Below are positions 39,101-51,339 of a stretch of DNA of 64,000 nt, piece after piece (the first letter of the stretch is position 1; each line of letters begins with the position of its first letter). The stretch is taken from contig CM120640.1 in NCBI GenBank assembly GCA_051362555.1, positions 62,970,788 to 63,034,787 on the forward strand, written 5' to 3'. This DNA comes from Lingula anatina. Taxonomy: Eukaryota > Animalia > Brachiopoda. The translations under genes and the position numbers were made by a program. The notes below the pieces were generated by a model. The model saw only the letters and a list, made by a program, of their open reading frames with translations, searched no databases and had not been told where the DNA came from.

Positions 39101-39858
39101 CGAAATTAGAGTGACAAGTGGTTGCCGAGGCTCCGATTCGAAAAAGATCGAAAGAGCCAGCTCAGAATGAAATTTAATTTTTGGGTCAAACCAAGTTGCT
39201 TCTGACTCAGACTGTGCCCTACCGGTACATGGCGTATATTTCCCCTTAAAACACAATTTCTGACAGCGAAAGGATAGAAAGGTCGCTGTATTGTGTAAGT
39301 TTCATAGAGTTTTGGCGCGAAAAGTAGTGAGAAAGAGTGATTAGGCCTACTTGCATGCGCAACTAACTTTTACCCCGGAGAGATAGCACGAAGTATTTGG
39401 GCTAGTGGTATGGGTGCCTTAAAAGAAACGCGTTACGAGAACAAAGGTTTTGGTGAAAGCGTCTCAGCATATTTTTTTCTAAAATAAGCAATAAAGCTTT
39501 CACAGATTATAACGCGTCTAGGGGTAGAGTTACATAGTCCCCTGTGGACTAGTGACAATTTTGAGGCAGTATTCCAGACATAAGCTACGTACAGTAGGTA
39601 CAGTTGTATGATACCAGTAAGTTCCCAAGACTAGCACAGGCAAAGACTTAGCATTGAGCGCAGTGCCTGTGGAAGTCAGTGCAAAGAGCTCCACAGAATG
39701 GCGAAACTCGAAAAAAAAAACATTGCATTTTCCAGATGGTTACAGAGTTATGGCGAGTGTCAAGAAAGGAGGGTCAAAGATTGGTTAGTGAGAAAAAAAT
39801 CCGTTTACCCATAGAAATCATTCAGTTCGAGTTTTTCGCGGGACGATCATCAGCTTTT

Positions 39859-40060
39859 TAACATCCGCCAAGGAAGTTATGTTTTCACCCCTGGATTTGG
39901 TGGTGATCCAGATCAATAATCAATCAATAATCAATTAATAATCAATAATCAACAATCAAAAAACTAAATCATTATAGAATGAAAATTAAGGGGTGAAACG
40001 GCATTGGGTGGAGACTTTGCTGCCTTGGCTGAGGTCTGCGCTCTCCGAGTGCTTTTCTAG
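39859..40060 (+). mobile_element. Short Helentron/Helitron2-type non-autonomous element
   Basis: Preceded by a T-run; 5' ACATCCGCCAAGGAAGTTATGTTTTCACC, 3' subTIR CCTTGGCTGAGG, hairpin GCGCTC-TCC-GAGTGC, terminal CTAG then TT; internal AATAATC-like microrepeat. Confidence 0.7.
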
Positions 40061-41295
40061 TTAACACATGGATTTTCGTATTAACGTGAGTTCTTTTAGA
40101 AAAATAACTCATTCATAATTGTTCAACCATTTATCTTTTATAAGGATAATCCGAATGTGTTAAAGAATGCAAAGGTTGTGGCGTGAATAAACTCGAAAAG
40201 GGACTGAATCCAATTGTGAATAACCCCTTTCGGAGACAACATTTATGGCCTCATATGGAGTTTTTAGGTATGCCTCACCTTTCCAAGATTAGGCCCCTCA
40301 AGACAATCCCCTTGAGTTGGTAATGACAAACGATCAAGTTCTGCAGGAGTTATAATTTCATTACCTCCTCGACCACTTTCACATATTTTGCAAAATAGGG
40401 ATTTAAAATATTTTTAATTTAAATTTGATAAACGATACCTCTCGAATCTCACGTATGCATGCATTTGATCGCATGTGTCGATCCAGGATTTTGTTAAAGG
40501 GGTGGCCACAAGAATAAAATCATTTTGCAAAGCGAAACGAAACATATATAAAGCAACACGCGACTATTTATTTATTAATCTATTTTTGGAATAAATATGT
40601 GATTTTGTTGCGTTTTGCCCGTTTTTCTGAGAGGAAAATGAAAAAGAAAACGGACGTGTGCCCGCCGATACCCCGTTCCCCAGTCAGCATTAGATCACAA
40701 ACAAATTGTCACACTATTTAAGCGTATCGTCTTCAATTATTCCAATTTTATTTTCTTTGAAATACAAAGTATTGTATGTATTGTATTTGTTCCGCAGTCT
40801 TTTATTATATTCAGATGTCATAAACAGTAGGCTAATAAAATACTGGATTTGGACCGCTATCTGCTCCGCTTTTCTTCTCGGCTTTATTTCAGTTTTCCTT
40901 ATTATTCTTTTGCTAGTAATTATATAACAAGGTAAAGCCTATTGCCCATTCCATCATGCTTACAATACTACATATACTGCCTAATTTGTATTTCACTTCA
41001 ATGTTTACAAGGTCGTCTAATCAATTACAGTAATCGTTTTTGCTGCAATCGAGGTCAAAACGCTGAATATTGCCCCGAGCACAATCAGTAAAGAAACATT
41101 CGCAACAAACACATTCTTCGTAATCTCAACTTAGGACGCAATATTCTTGAATACAACCTAGTCTCAACCTACGACCAGTCACAATGGTCCTGGCATCAAC
41201 TAAATATTGTAGGCGCACATTTTTCACATTTTACGCATTGATTTAAAGCCTAAAATGTAGGATTCAATGGATTACTATACACAATATATCTACAT

Positions 41296-44200
41296 CTATA
41301 TGTAAATGGCAAAGGTTGAAACGTCATCTTGAACATATGGATATTTGTAAGTATCAGTGCTGCCAAAATGAACATCATCAGGATAGTGGTTGTATATAGG
41401 AGCAGGCCTCTTCATAGTCTGATAGCGTGGAGCGATGTTAGGCGGTTTCGCCTCTTCGTAGATATCTGGTTGCGTTTTGACGGTGGTTTCTGTCTCATCA
41501 GCCTCCGAACTTTCTGATGTATTGACCAATTGCTGCATGAGGGCAATCCTCTTCTTTGCCGAAGAACAGCCGTAGAGCCAGTAACGTTTAAAGTGCTCGC
41601 TGAAACGATCATCCAATGCGCAAAGAACAAAAGGGTTGACTACCGCATGGCCAAAATTTAAACAAAACCCAACGAGTTTCATAATATACCAGAACATGTT
41701 GTACGGTTGTTTGTCAAAATGAAACCAAAGCTGGAAAATGTAACGTGGCAGGCAGCAAAATATAAACATAACTAACATGACTGTGACTACCAATGTGGAA
41801 TTTTTACGCTGTTTGGTCCATCGTTTTTGTCGTTCTCTTTCCTCGCGACTTCTTTTACCCTTTGGATGTCGCCTGGAAGACCCATTTTTTCTTTTGTCCT
41901 TTTCTTTGTTGTCGCTTTTGCATTTCTCATCTAATTCCGGTCGGTAGTGTACGTCATCCGAGATTGCTACTTGGTAACCTTTAGAGCAAATTAGGATAGA
42001 AATGAGTAGAAGATACACCCAGCATATTGCAGAAGACAACGCCAATAAAACACTAAACCACACTGTGTCGTGAATGATAGGGTAAAGAGCGCCCCACGTA
42101 GGCGGAAAGACGCTGCATACTTTTAGAATCAGATCTTTGTTGATTGGATAGTGCATTATATAACTGGACACAAGATCGGGAACACCCATGGCCAGTGCAA
42201 CTGTCCAGACAATCACGGTGTTGACCACAATGTTCAGTTTACGAGTTCTTGCAAGGAGATAATAGCGTGGGTTTCCTGCCCAGGCGGCATGGCGATCGGC
42301 ACACAGCACGGCCAACGTGAATGCCGTCACACCCAGCGAGACGGGCTGCAGAAACTCGCTGATTTTGCAAGTTATTTCACCGAATACCCATTCTTTTAAG
42401 GTGAAGATCGTGGCTTGAAATGGCAGCGCAATTACTAGCAGCAGTAGGTCCCCAATGGCTATGTTAACAATGTAGATATTTGGAACACTGTGCATGGAGC
42501 GATGCCTGGCTACTGTATATATCACCGTGATATTACCTAAAATGATTAATGGCATACATAAAGAAACAGGTTTAATATACTTTGATAATAATAGCGTTTT
42601 GACGTTTAGTCACCGATTCTCGTGACTAGTAATCAATGTTGAGATAAGAATGTAGATAAGGAAACAATAAGGAATATTTTACTATTTTATTTAATTAAAC
42701 CCTATCATTACATGATGGTATATTTTGCATTTGAATGGGAACACTTTATTGCCTCCAACTCTCTTCCTCCCCAAATTAAATGTAATAAAAATTAGAGCTA
42801 AATGAATCGGATAAATAAAACAATGATCTCATGTTTTCGTAAGCACGTGACTAAACACGCTATGAATATATAAAAACTGCAGTCGGATCCCGTCTTGGGT
42901 CAGGTGGGCGACCACACATGGAGGCCGTGATGACCGCATGAAAGTCCCTGTGTATTTATGCGGTAGCTGACAGCCAAGTTGTGTTTCGGATTTCCAACCT
43001 CTAAATAATTTACTGATAGACATACGCGCCTGGTACAACATATGGGTTGATGTGATGAAATGTTTGTACTTTTATCGTTAGTTTTAATTTATCCAGTAAA
43101 ATATTATTGCACAATTCAGTTCAAGTACAGCTGCTCTAGTAGCAGACAGGCTGTCTCGGCTTGCGTGCGTTTTGTTCTCTTTTTAAACAACTTTTCTTTA
43201 TTGATTTTACCCCGTAAACTTTATACTTTATCTGGCAAACTTGCTTAACAATTGGATAAACAGCACAATACTACGATAAAAAAACAGCAGTTTTACAGGC
43301 AATATTTGTTCCTAGAGGGTGTGTGTGTGATGAGGTTGGTAATGCAGTCTTGAGAAGATTGGGAATTCTGCCTCGGAAATGGCCATAAATTTCTTCACCT
43401 CTTAACTGAAAACGCCTTTATACGTGCGCGCGCCTACTTGAACGCGTTTTTTTCCCTCAGAGGATGTGTAGCCTACCTTCTCAAGATTGCCTCCTCCCAC
43501 GGGTGTTTGACGTCTTTAAAAAATCTAATTTACTTTTCAGTAGGAAATCTAATCTTAAACAAATTACTATAGGCGAGAATAATCCATTAACAAAATTCCA
43601 ACAAAAAGTAGCACAGCAGTATGCATTTACTATTCAATTCTACGCAATTTCATCTCCATCACTTTTTTCAGTTTGCAGGGTTTTGCTAATAGAGCCGGTG
43701 TCTGATTAGATTATTTCAATAGGAAAGTGATCCGAATATTTGACAGAAGACGACTAACTGCCGAGACACAAAAACAATAAATTAATTAATCAATTAGAAA
43801 ATAAACAAATAAATAAACTGACTTCGTTCTGGCGAGGTGAGGTATTTTTTCCTTAGCAACGCATACTTTTAATCTGACCATGGTCTCATGTTCAGCGATT
43901 GGCTCTGTCACAACGGGTGACAGGCACTTTGACCAAGACACCCACAGGGATAGATTTTTATAGTTTGTGTTAAAGGCAGAACTCCAGACGTGAATCGTTG
44001 GCATGTAACGAGTCTGAATAATTTCAGCTCCTGATATCGCTGCAACATTATTCCGTTGACTAGCTAGATGGGCGTAGGAGTTGAAAAAGTCAAATATTAC
44101 CCGTTTACAATAGGTAGTTTGGGGCAAATCATGATAATTTTTCCAGTAAAAGTATTTGTACCTTTGCTACTGCTCTTTCTAAATATTTTAGTTTTTTCTC

Positions 44201-44734
44201 TCTAAGCTAAAGTTATCCAGTTAAAACCTATCCAAACGCCAAGCCTTTCTTTCCTTCTGAAGTCTGTGGAATTGGAATCTTGTGATTCCTCTTTGTAAGA
44301 ATTGAATATCAACTGTTTACATCTGCTCTAAGCAATGAAAAAGATTCCACAGCCTAAACAAAAACTGAAGAGTAAGTTTGCTACATACATGATACATAGA
44401 AACTTGCATCTGTAGACTAAACAGCAAATGATTGTAGGTAGGAAATTTGAAGTTCAGTTAATGTGACGATCCTCCGAACAGAATGATTTTGACACTGACC
44501 GTTTTATAACCTTAAAATACATCGTAAGGTTAAACAAATTTATGACACACACTTACCGATGATTCCCAGAAGAAAAAGAAGGCCCATGACGATAGGGATG
44601 AACAGTGATTCCAGGTTGGTTTGATATGTCATCAGTGGCACCGACCCCCGGGTCATATTTCGCACCTTTAACGCCGTGGACTTGTTTGTCCCTACCAGGT
44701 ACAATTCCAACGCCTCTTCCCGGAGATAATCCAT
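41296..44734 (-). CDS. Rhodopsin-class peptide GPCR, bombesin/endothelin/CCHamide/excitatory-peptide receptor group (divergent), about 472 aa
   Basis: Exon 44734-44557 (N-terminus and TM1 ..GIIG, donor GTAAGT) joins exon 42536-41296 in phase 1 (GN..). Motifs SVPNIYIVNIAIGDLL, WVFGEITCK, SLGVTAFTLAVLCADR, LPRYIFQLWFHF, FWYIMKLVGFCL, VNPF. Confidence 0.88.
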
Positions 44735-46223
44735 CGTGGGTGTTTTGGAAATCTACCTTAAAGAATAAGTTAAATACCTAATCTTAAAAACTCATTGACA
44801 TTTGCATATTTAGTGTTAGGGGCAGTGTAAGTGGGCCCCATGCATAAGTTACTTAGTGGCGCATATCTACTCGTAGTTATGAAAATCCACCGCTCTCGTA
44901 CCTGGGACTTGGCAGCTGTTCGAAGAATCAAACAGAAAGACCTCCAGAGTGCCAAATCGCGATTCTGCAATTTGAAACAAATTGTTTTGCCAAAAGGACT
45001 CACACGGTTTCACCTAATTTAAGAATTTAAGCAGATTACGCAAAAGAAAAAAAATTGCTGTTAACTCGGTTGCAGTATAATGCAGTTTGAGACAAAGTTT
45101 TCAAAGGTTTTTCTACAGCTAGAAAATTTAATAAGCGTTACCGAAATAAATTGCAACCAATCTTCGTTACTGCCAGGAAATAGCTGCTTGTGAAATACTG
45201 TAAATTGGTCCGTCACATGTGTTTTCAAGTAATACGTTCAACCTTTTTATACGTTACGTGATGTCAGAGAGTGCCTGTATTTGACAATTCACTTTCAAGC
45301 AATGTCGGAGTTGCCGCCCGACAACCGGCAATGCTCCATAGGTTAAACATGCCGCATTTTTTTCACGTATGATATGAATACACTTGGACAATTCAAAGGA
45401 AAGAAACTGACAGCTCGTGCTGATAGGTCACGTTGGCCTTGTGTGCCCCACCAGAGCCCCTTGTCCTTGGAAGGCATTCAGCCTGATAACGTACATATAT
45501 TTAGCTTAAGAAAAGTGCTGAGTTAGAGCAAATAAACCACTTTAAAAGGGACATTTGCACCGCGACGTGAAATTAGTACGATGCTTCTCAGATTTTTATA
45601 GACCATCCTTATTCGCACCCGTTAACCCCTTCCAACATGGTTTTTAACAATTGTTCACTCCCTCTGTAAGAGATGTAAAAATTAAAATCTATAAAAGTGG
45701 TTTGAATTACCCTTCTTGAGAATCAAATGAACTTAGTTACCTTGCTTAGATGAAATTCCAACAATACTTCTTCAAAACTTGGAAAATAACCGAAAAACAA
45801 CGTCTGGTCTGCCTCAGATAAGACTCATCTTCTCCTTCAGTTTGTTTTCGACTAAGTCAGCAGACAGACGGGTATTCTGATTATTGTCAGAGAAGCATGG
45901 CATCTTGTGTAACGTCTCCAAGTAAACGTTTCGCGTCACAGAAATGATACAGATAACAGCAGGAGCTGCAAACGTTCCCACCACCAAGCACTCGACTTCC
46001 AACAAGCTGAATACCAGCTGTCACGTGAACAAAACTTTCCTACAACGCTAGTTCAGAACGATTAAAATACTATCAGTTTACAGTGTCCACTCTAAAATCT
46101 GGGATTTTCTACTTGTGTAATTTTCTTGCGCAGCGGGCGTTTGTCCAACGATGCACAAACGCAAGTGTGTTAATAACGCGTTTGAAGACGGGTATAAAAT
46201 TTGCAGCAAATGCAAATGCAAAT

Positions 46224-46225
<2 letters not shown>

Positions 46226-46267
<42 letters not shown>
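46226..46267. repeat. Poly-A tract (42 nt) preceded by (GCAAAT)3
   Basis: Directly visible; a second 31-nt A tract lies at 46668-46698. Confidence 0.9.
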
Positions 46268-46269
<2 letters not shown>

Positions 46270-46666
46270 GGGGGCATCTGACTGTATTTGCAAAACTGCA
46301 TCTCTTACGAAAAAAAATAAACACAAAGTCGTTAGCATATGGTGGCTCACCAGTAATTTCCAGTCCCTATGGAAATTCAACACGTCAATGTTTAACAATG
46401 CTGTAATTACATTTAACTTTCTGGCAACAATTTTATTTAATCAAACTACAGTAGATCTGATACTTAAGACTGGGTTCTTGGGGTGCAGCGCCAAAGGCCT
46501 GAAACCAGATCCAACTGCTTTTACTAGAAAAATCAGGAAAACGCAAATACATTTAAGATGGAATTTTTGATAGTTTTATCAGTAAATGAACTACATCCTG
46601 AAAACTTAACTGCTGACAACTGTGGATTATTCTTGAAAGTTTAACAGTTTATTGCATTTGCATTAA

Positions 46667-46702
<36 letters not shown>

Positions 46703-47465
46703 ATATTGCATGTAAGGAGGAATAATATATATATATATAACAGCCATTAACCTAGACTGATATTTCAAGATCAGCTAACACTACTGGCTAGGCCAAGAAC
46801 TTGGAGACCTCTCCAACGTCTTGGCTAGACCAAAAAAGAAATTTCCTATCCACTTCCTTGACTTTACATAATGCAGAATGTAGTTTAACACTTAGGGCCT
46901 AGTTGTGTTATTTTCACTTCATAATATACTGGAACACTTGTTACAGGTAAGATGTATATGTACATCCCCTACCCTCAATAAATAACACATGTAATAAATT
47001 ATTCACGTTTTTCGTCATTTTTCTTTCAAAACCAAATCCCTACATTCATATGTAAACCTTTACATTATCACATTTAGCATTTTGCATAAAAACTACAATA
47101 CATAAAAACTACAATACAGTATAGATAGATAGATAGATATAAACCAATTATGTATAAGATGGAGATTATATAATATACATTATCTTACTCTACTGGATTG
47201 TCAAGATATACTTGAACTGATATCCATCATACTGCTTCATAAACACACACACAAACACACACGTTATTCCATATATAATATAAAGGCACACAAACACAGT
47301 AACACACATAAATTTTATATATGATAAAGTGCTAAATTCTTGCTTAATTAAATAATCTAGGTAAATTGCAATTGATTTTAAAATTATCATAATCACATGA
47401 ACTAATACTGTTTACAACATAGGAATGAAAAATTTCTTCAAAGCATAACATTAAAACTGTGCTGG

Positions 47466-49594
47466 CTAAGATGAGCAACTAACTCTCAGTGAAGATGCCC
47501 ATTTTGGTGGTTGTGAAGCATAACCCATCTTTTCTGCATACTCATTCTCCACATAAGGATTCTGCAAAATTGTCAATAGTTGCCGCACTCCCTCAAAGTA
47601 ATCATTTTCTGCTTGTTCTATAACAGTCTGTGCGATCCAGTTTCGGAGAATATACCTAGGGTTAGTATTTTTCATTTTCTTCATCCTCATTTCATCAGGA
47701 ATCTGCACAAATTCTATTCTATCTACGTACATTTTCACCCACTGCTTGAAATACTTGTGATTTTCTAACTGATGAAGTGCCCATAAATCATCTGGAACAG
47801 AGTACATTTTCATATCTCTCACTTTCCAGTCACCTAAATTTCGAAAAGTCATTGTGAAGTCAGATTTTGTTTCTTCCATAATCTTCAACAGAACAGCAAG
47901 AAAGAATTCATCTTGCTCTTGTTCTCCTGCAAGTCCAAGTTTGTTTCTAAACAAAGTCAAAAAGTTCTCCTTGTAAATATCAACATATCCTTGCAATATC
48001 ACCTTCATCTGATTGTTTTGGCTTGTTGTAAGAAGTGGCATGAGGGCTATTCGTAGCTTGTCAAGATTAAAATAGCCAACATCGGGCTGCTTGTCATAGC
48101 TATACATGCCTTCATCATCGGATGAGTTGGGCACAAAACTGGGAACATAGGCATCCAAAAAACCAAATGGTCCATAGTCTATTGTGATAGAAAGCAGGCT
48201 GAAGTTATCTGTATTGCACACTCCATGACTAAAACCAACACTCTGCCAACTAGCAATCATGTATGCTGTTTGTGACACAACATGGGAGAAAAATGACAAA
48301 TATCTGTCATTATCCTTCATGTCAATTTGAGGAAAGTGTTGCTTGATTACAAAATCTGTCAAACGTCTCAAGAGATCAAATTCCTTATTGCTTTCAAGTA
48401 TTTCAAGAGATCCTATTCTATACCAGCTAGGAGCAAGGCGTAGAACTACTGCCCCTCTTTCTGCCTTAGGATGGCCATCATAGAACTGATCCCTCATCAC
48501 AGGATCACTGCTGGTTACCAGGGTGGCTGCTCTGCTGGTGGGAATGCCTACAATAATAATGATTAACCAAGTGTACATTCTTGAACTAAACCAGTATAAA
48601 AACCATTGATCTTACAATTTAATATTATACAAACTTTAATTAGTGATCTACGTAGCTAATTATACATATTAAATATGAAATTTGTTCTTTGATTTCAAAG
48701 TGATAACAATATATCATAGTACTGAACATAACATATTTCTTTAAATATTAAGTACTACATGTAGTAATGCATATTATTAGAACATGTACATGTATTATTG
48801 GTATGCAATGTACAAAAATATCGGTTCATATTATTTATCAAGAAATGAAGTTTGAATTTTTTTTTTAAAGAATACCCATTATAATAGTCAATGGATAAAA
48901 TCATAGAATACAAACCTAAATGGTACATTGCTTCACTGCAGAGAAACTCTCTAACAGAGGAGCGAAGCACTGCCCTCCCATCTCCTTGCCTTGAATATGG
49001 TGTCTTCCCCGATCCTTTTAATTGAAGTTCCCATCTCTCCCCTTTTCTGTTCACATATTCCCCTAGTAAAACTGCTCTACCATCACCCAGTTGATCTGCC
49101 CATATACCAAACTGATGACCCCCATAACGGTGTGACAGTGGAGTGGATCCTTTTAAAATCTCAGTCCCACTCACAAAATCTAAGAAATCTTTTTCATCCA
49201 CTATGGAAAGGTCCATATCCAGTATTTCTTCCAGTACTTCCTTCGAATAAGCAACAAGATGCAAAGGTGTTTTGAATGAGATGGGCTTCACAATTGAAAA
49301 AACTGCCTCCTTGACCTCTCTCACATAGTTGTTTAAGTCTGGGTCTATGGGAAATGTCGACACAAGTAAATCATCGTCTGCTAAATTCCAAGACTTCATC
49401 GATCGCTTCAAAGTCTTCTCTACACCCACATGGCATACATTGTTAAAAGCCTGCAGATACGCATTTCTAATGTCCTCCTTTACACACGTGTCATCTCCAC
49501 TGACCATTTGAGATTGTAATGACATTAAAACAAAAGAAAATAAATGTATACCTACATGTATCACTGAGAAAATGTCATCTCTTTTGCTCGCCAT
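47466..49594 (-). CDS. SELENOO: SelO-family protein adenylyltransferase (AMPylase pseudokinase), Cys-type, about 586 aa
   Basis: Exons 49594-48916 and 48547-47466 joined in phase 1 (YHLG|IPTSRA). Motifs YGGHQFG..QLGDGRA, WELQLKGSGKTPYSRQGDGRAVLRSSVREFLCSEAM, HGVCNTDNFS, TIDYGPFGF, NPRYILRNW, C-terminal VSCSS then TAG (Cys codon TGC at 47477-47475). May be a SELO2-type paralogue rather than the true orthologue. Confidence 0.92.
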
Positions 49595-49907
49595 ATTGTG
49601 TACATCGGAAGTGACGTTTATTTACGTTTTCATTTTAAAAGTATTGTACGATTGATATTATGTAATGACAAGCCACCAATAATGACCTTAAATCACTCTT
49701 AAAATAATCATAATTAATTTCAGTCTAAAAAATTGTAAATAAAATTAACAAAATTTTACACTTATTTACTAAGTGAATGGAAACTATAATCCGCACAAAG
49801 AAAAAAACATTGAAGGCGTAGAACCTGTAAAATAAAGATGTCAGCGCCCATGTGATGTTTGCTCGTTTCAAGTTATTCAGTCTCTTTCAAATATAAAACC
49901 TTTCAAA
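49595..49907. promoter_or_regulatory. Bidirectional promoter region between SelO and BolA2
   Basis: Divergent ATGs only 313 bp apart; ETS-CRE composite motif CGGAAGTGACGT at 49606-49617. Confidence 0.6.
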
Positions 49908-50497
49908 ATGCCTCACACCGCTGACGAAATAAAGGATAAGTTACAGAAGGCACTGGAAGCTTCTTACTTGGTGAGAATTATCGTTAATATTGAGAGTACG
50001 GTTTAAACACTCAGTTACACTTTCTTTAGTTCAAGACAGGTCAATTCTACATTGCAAGTCATGGCCAGACCATGGACATATATGTCAGTCTGACAGTGAC
50101 AGTTGGTGTCTGCTTTCAACACATCATAGATATCACTCTTTCTAAGAGCATTTCGATTTTTTTAACATTATAAAACTTTTTCCAGGAAGTAGAAGATCTA
50201 TCTGATGGCTGCGGAGCCAAGTTCCAAGCAATCATAGTCTCTAAAAAATTTGAAGGAAAGCCTCTGTTACAAAGGCACAGGTAGGCAAAATAATCATTAA
50301 TGAAAATCAAAACATTGCCGTCTAATGGCGTTTGCGATGAGTTACTATTATTATTAAAGTTTTCATAATATTAAATGATAATATACATCTTTTTCAGGTT
50401 GGTGAATTCAGTTTTGGAAGAGGAAATGAAATCCATCCATGCCTTTTCTCAGAAAACATTAACACCAGAACAGTGGGAAAAACAGCAGCAACAATGA
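49908..50497 (+). CDS. BOLA2: BolA-like protein 2 (85 aa)
   Basis: Exons 49908-49970, 50186-50280, 50398-50497: MPHTADEIKDKLQKALEASYL EVEDLSDGCGAKFQAIIVSKKFEGKPLLQRHR LVNSVLEEEMKSIHAFSQKTLTPEQWEKQQQQ*; AATAAA near 50798. Missed by the ORF track because it is spliced. Confidence 0.95.
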
Positions 50498-51182
50498 TTT
50501 TTTTTCACATAGCACAAGGAGGCAATTTTTCATAGATCACGATGTACTGTTCATTTCATTGACATCATTAAACAATATTTAATGGACCAAAGATGCTATT
50601 TCTTCAAGATGCTACTGAAGTGCTGTCAATATTTAAGCAGTCAGTAACAGTGCAATGTGTATCACTGTGTATGATTGTGTGAAAATTGTGACATACATTA
50701 TGCATGCAGACCATCTTCATTTGTACTTGCATGTCTAGGCAGTTTTTACCTGCTTAGTGCAGACAGTTTTTGGCCTTTCCAGGTCTAAGTGTATTTTAAT
50801 AAAAGTCTTGTGAATATCAAGTAACTGTATCTTTTAACAGAAAATAAAAATGTGTCTTCTGATGAAGTATTCTACCTGCAAATGCTGCAGGCCAACTAGT
50901 CTTCATTCTCCAGGGGTTGCTATAGCCCTGCTATGAGTGCAGTGCTGATACTGATCTGTCAAATATTACTTTAAAAAAAATTGCAGCATGCTTCCATAGT
51001 TACTGCAACAAGAACATGCTATAAACAAGGCAGCAAAGCTGTCAAATGTACAGACAAAAAACAGAAAAAAAAGATGCAATATAGGTCATTTTGTCAATTT
51101 TGATGCAATAATATATGCTTATGATAGCACAGTCAGTCAACACTGATTTTTAATCATGCACAACAGGTAACATGGTCAATAA

Positions 51183-51339
51183 CAGGAGCAGATCCAGAGA
51201 TATTTTCTGACAGTATTCCAAAGTATCTTTGTTGATCCATCCTCCATTTTGATGGTCTTCCAACAGAAACCCGTAAATATAAACTTTAAAATCTGACTGT
51301 CTTCCAGGAGACCCAGAAAATGGTCTCAATCAATCCCCT
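51183..51339. mobile_element. Decayed copy of the CAGGGGCGGAT MITE, inserted in HINE copy 2
   Basis: Collinear with the reverse complement of 5712-5879 (CTGACAGT.TTCCAAA.TATCTTTGTTGAT.CATCCTCCA; AAAATCTGAC.GTCTTC..G.AGACCCAGAA). Confidence 0.7.

Noticed and set aside
243-44734. Ligand-receptor pairing of the GNxQN precursor with the neighbouring peptide GPCR
   Set aside because: They are about 40 kb apart with two unrelated genes between; the receptor family binds CCHamide/EP/bombesin-type peptides; proximity alone is not evidence.
46078-46570. Poly-Lys / poly-Phe ORFs, or a retrocopy poly(A) tail
   Set aside because: Translation artefacts of a 42-nt A tract; no recognisable retrogene body or TSD.
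47466-47480. Selenocysteine (UGA) recoding and a SECIS element for the SelO gene
   Set aside because: The C-terminal redox residue is coded by TGC and the stop is TAG; there is no in-frame TGA, so it is not a selenoprotein.
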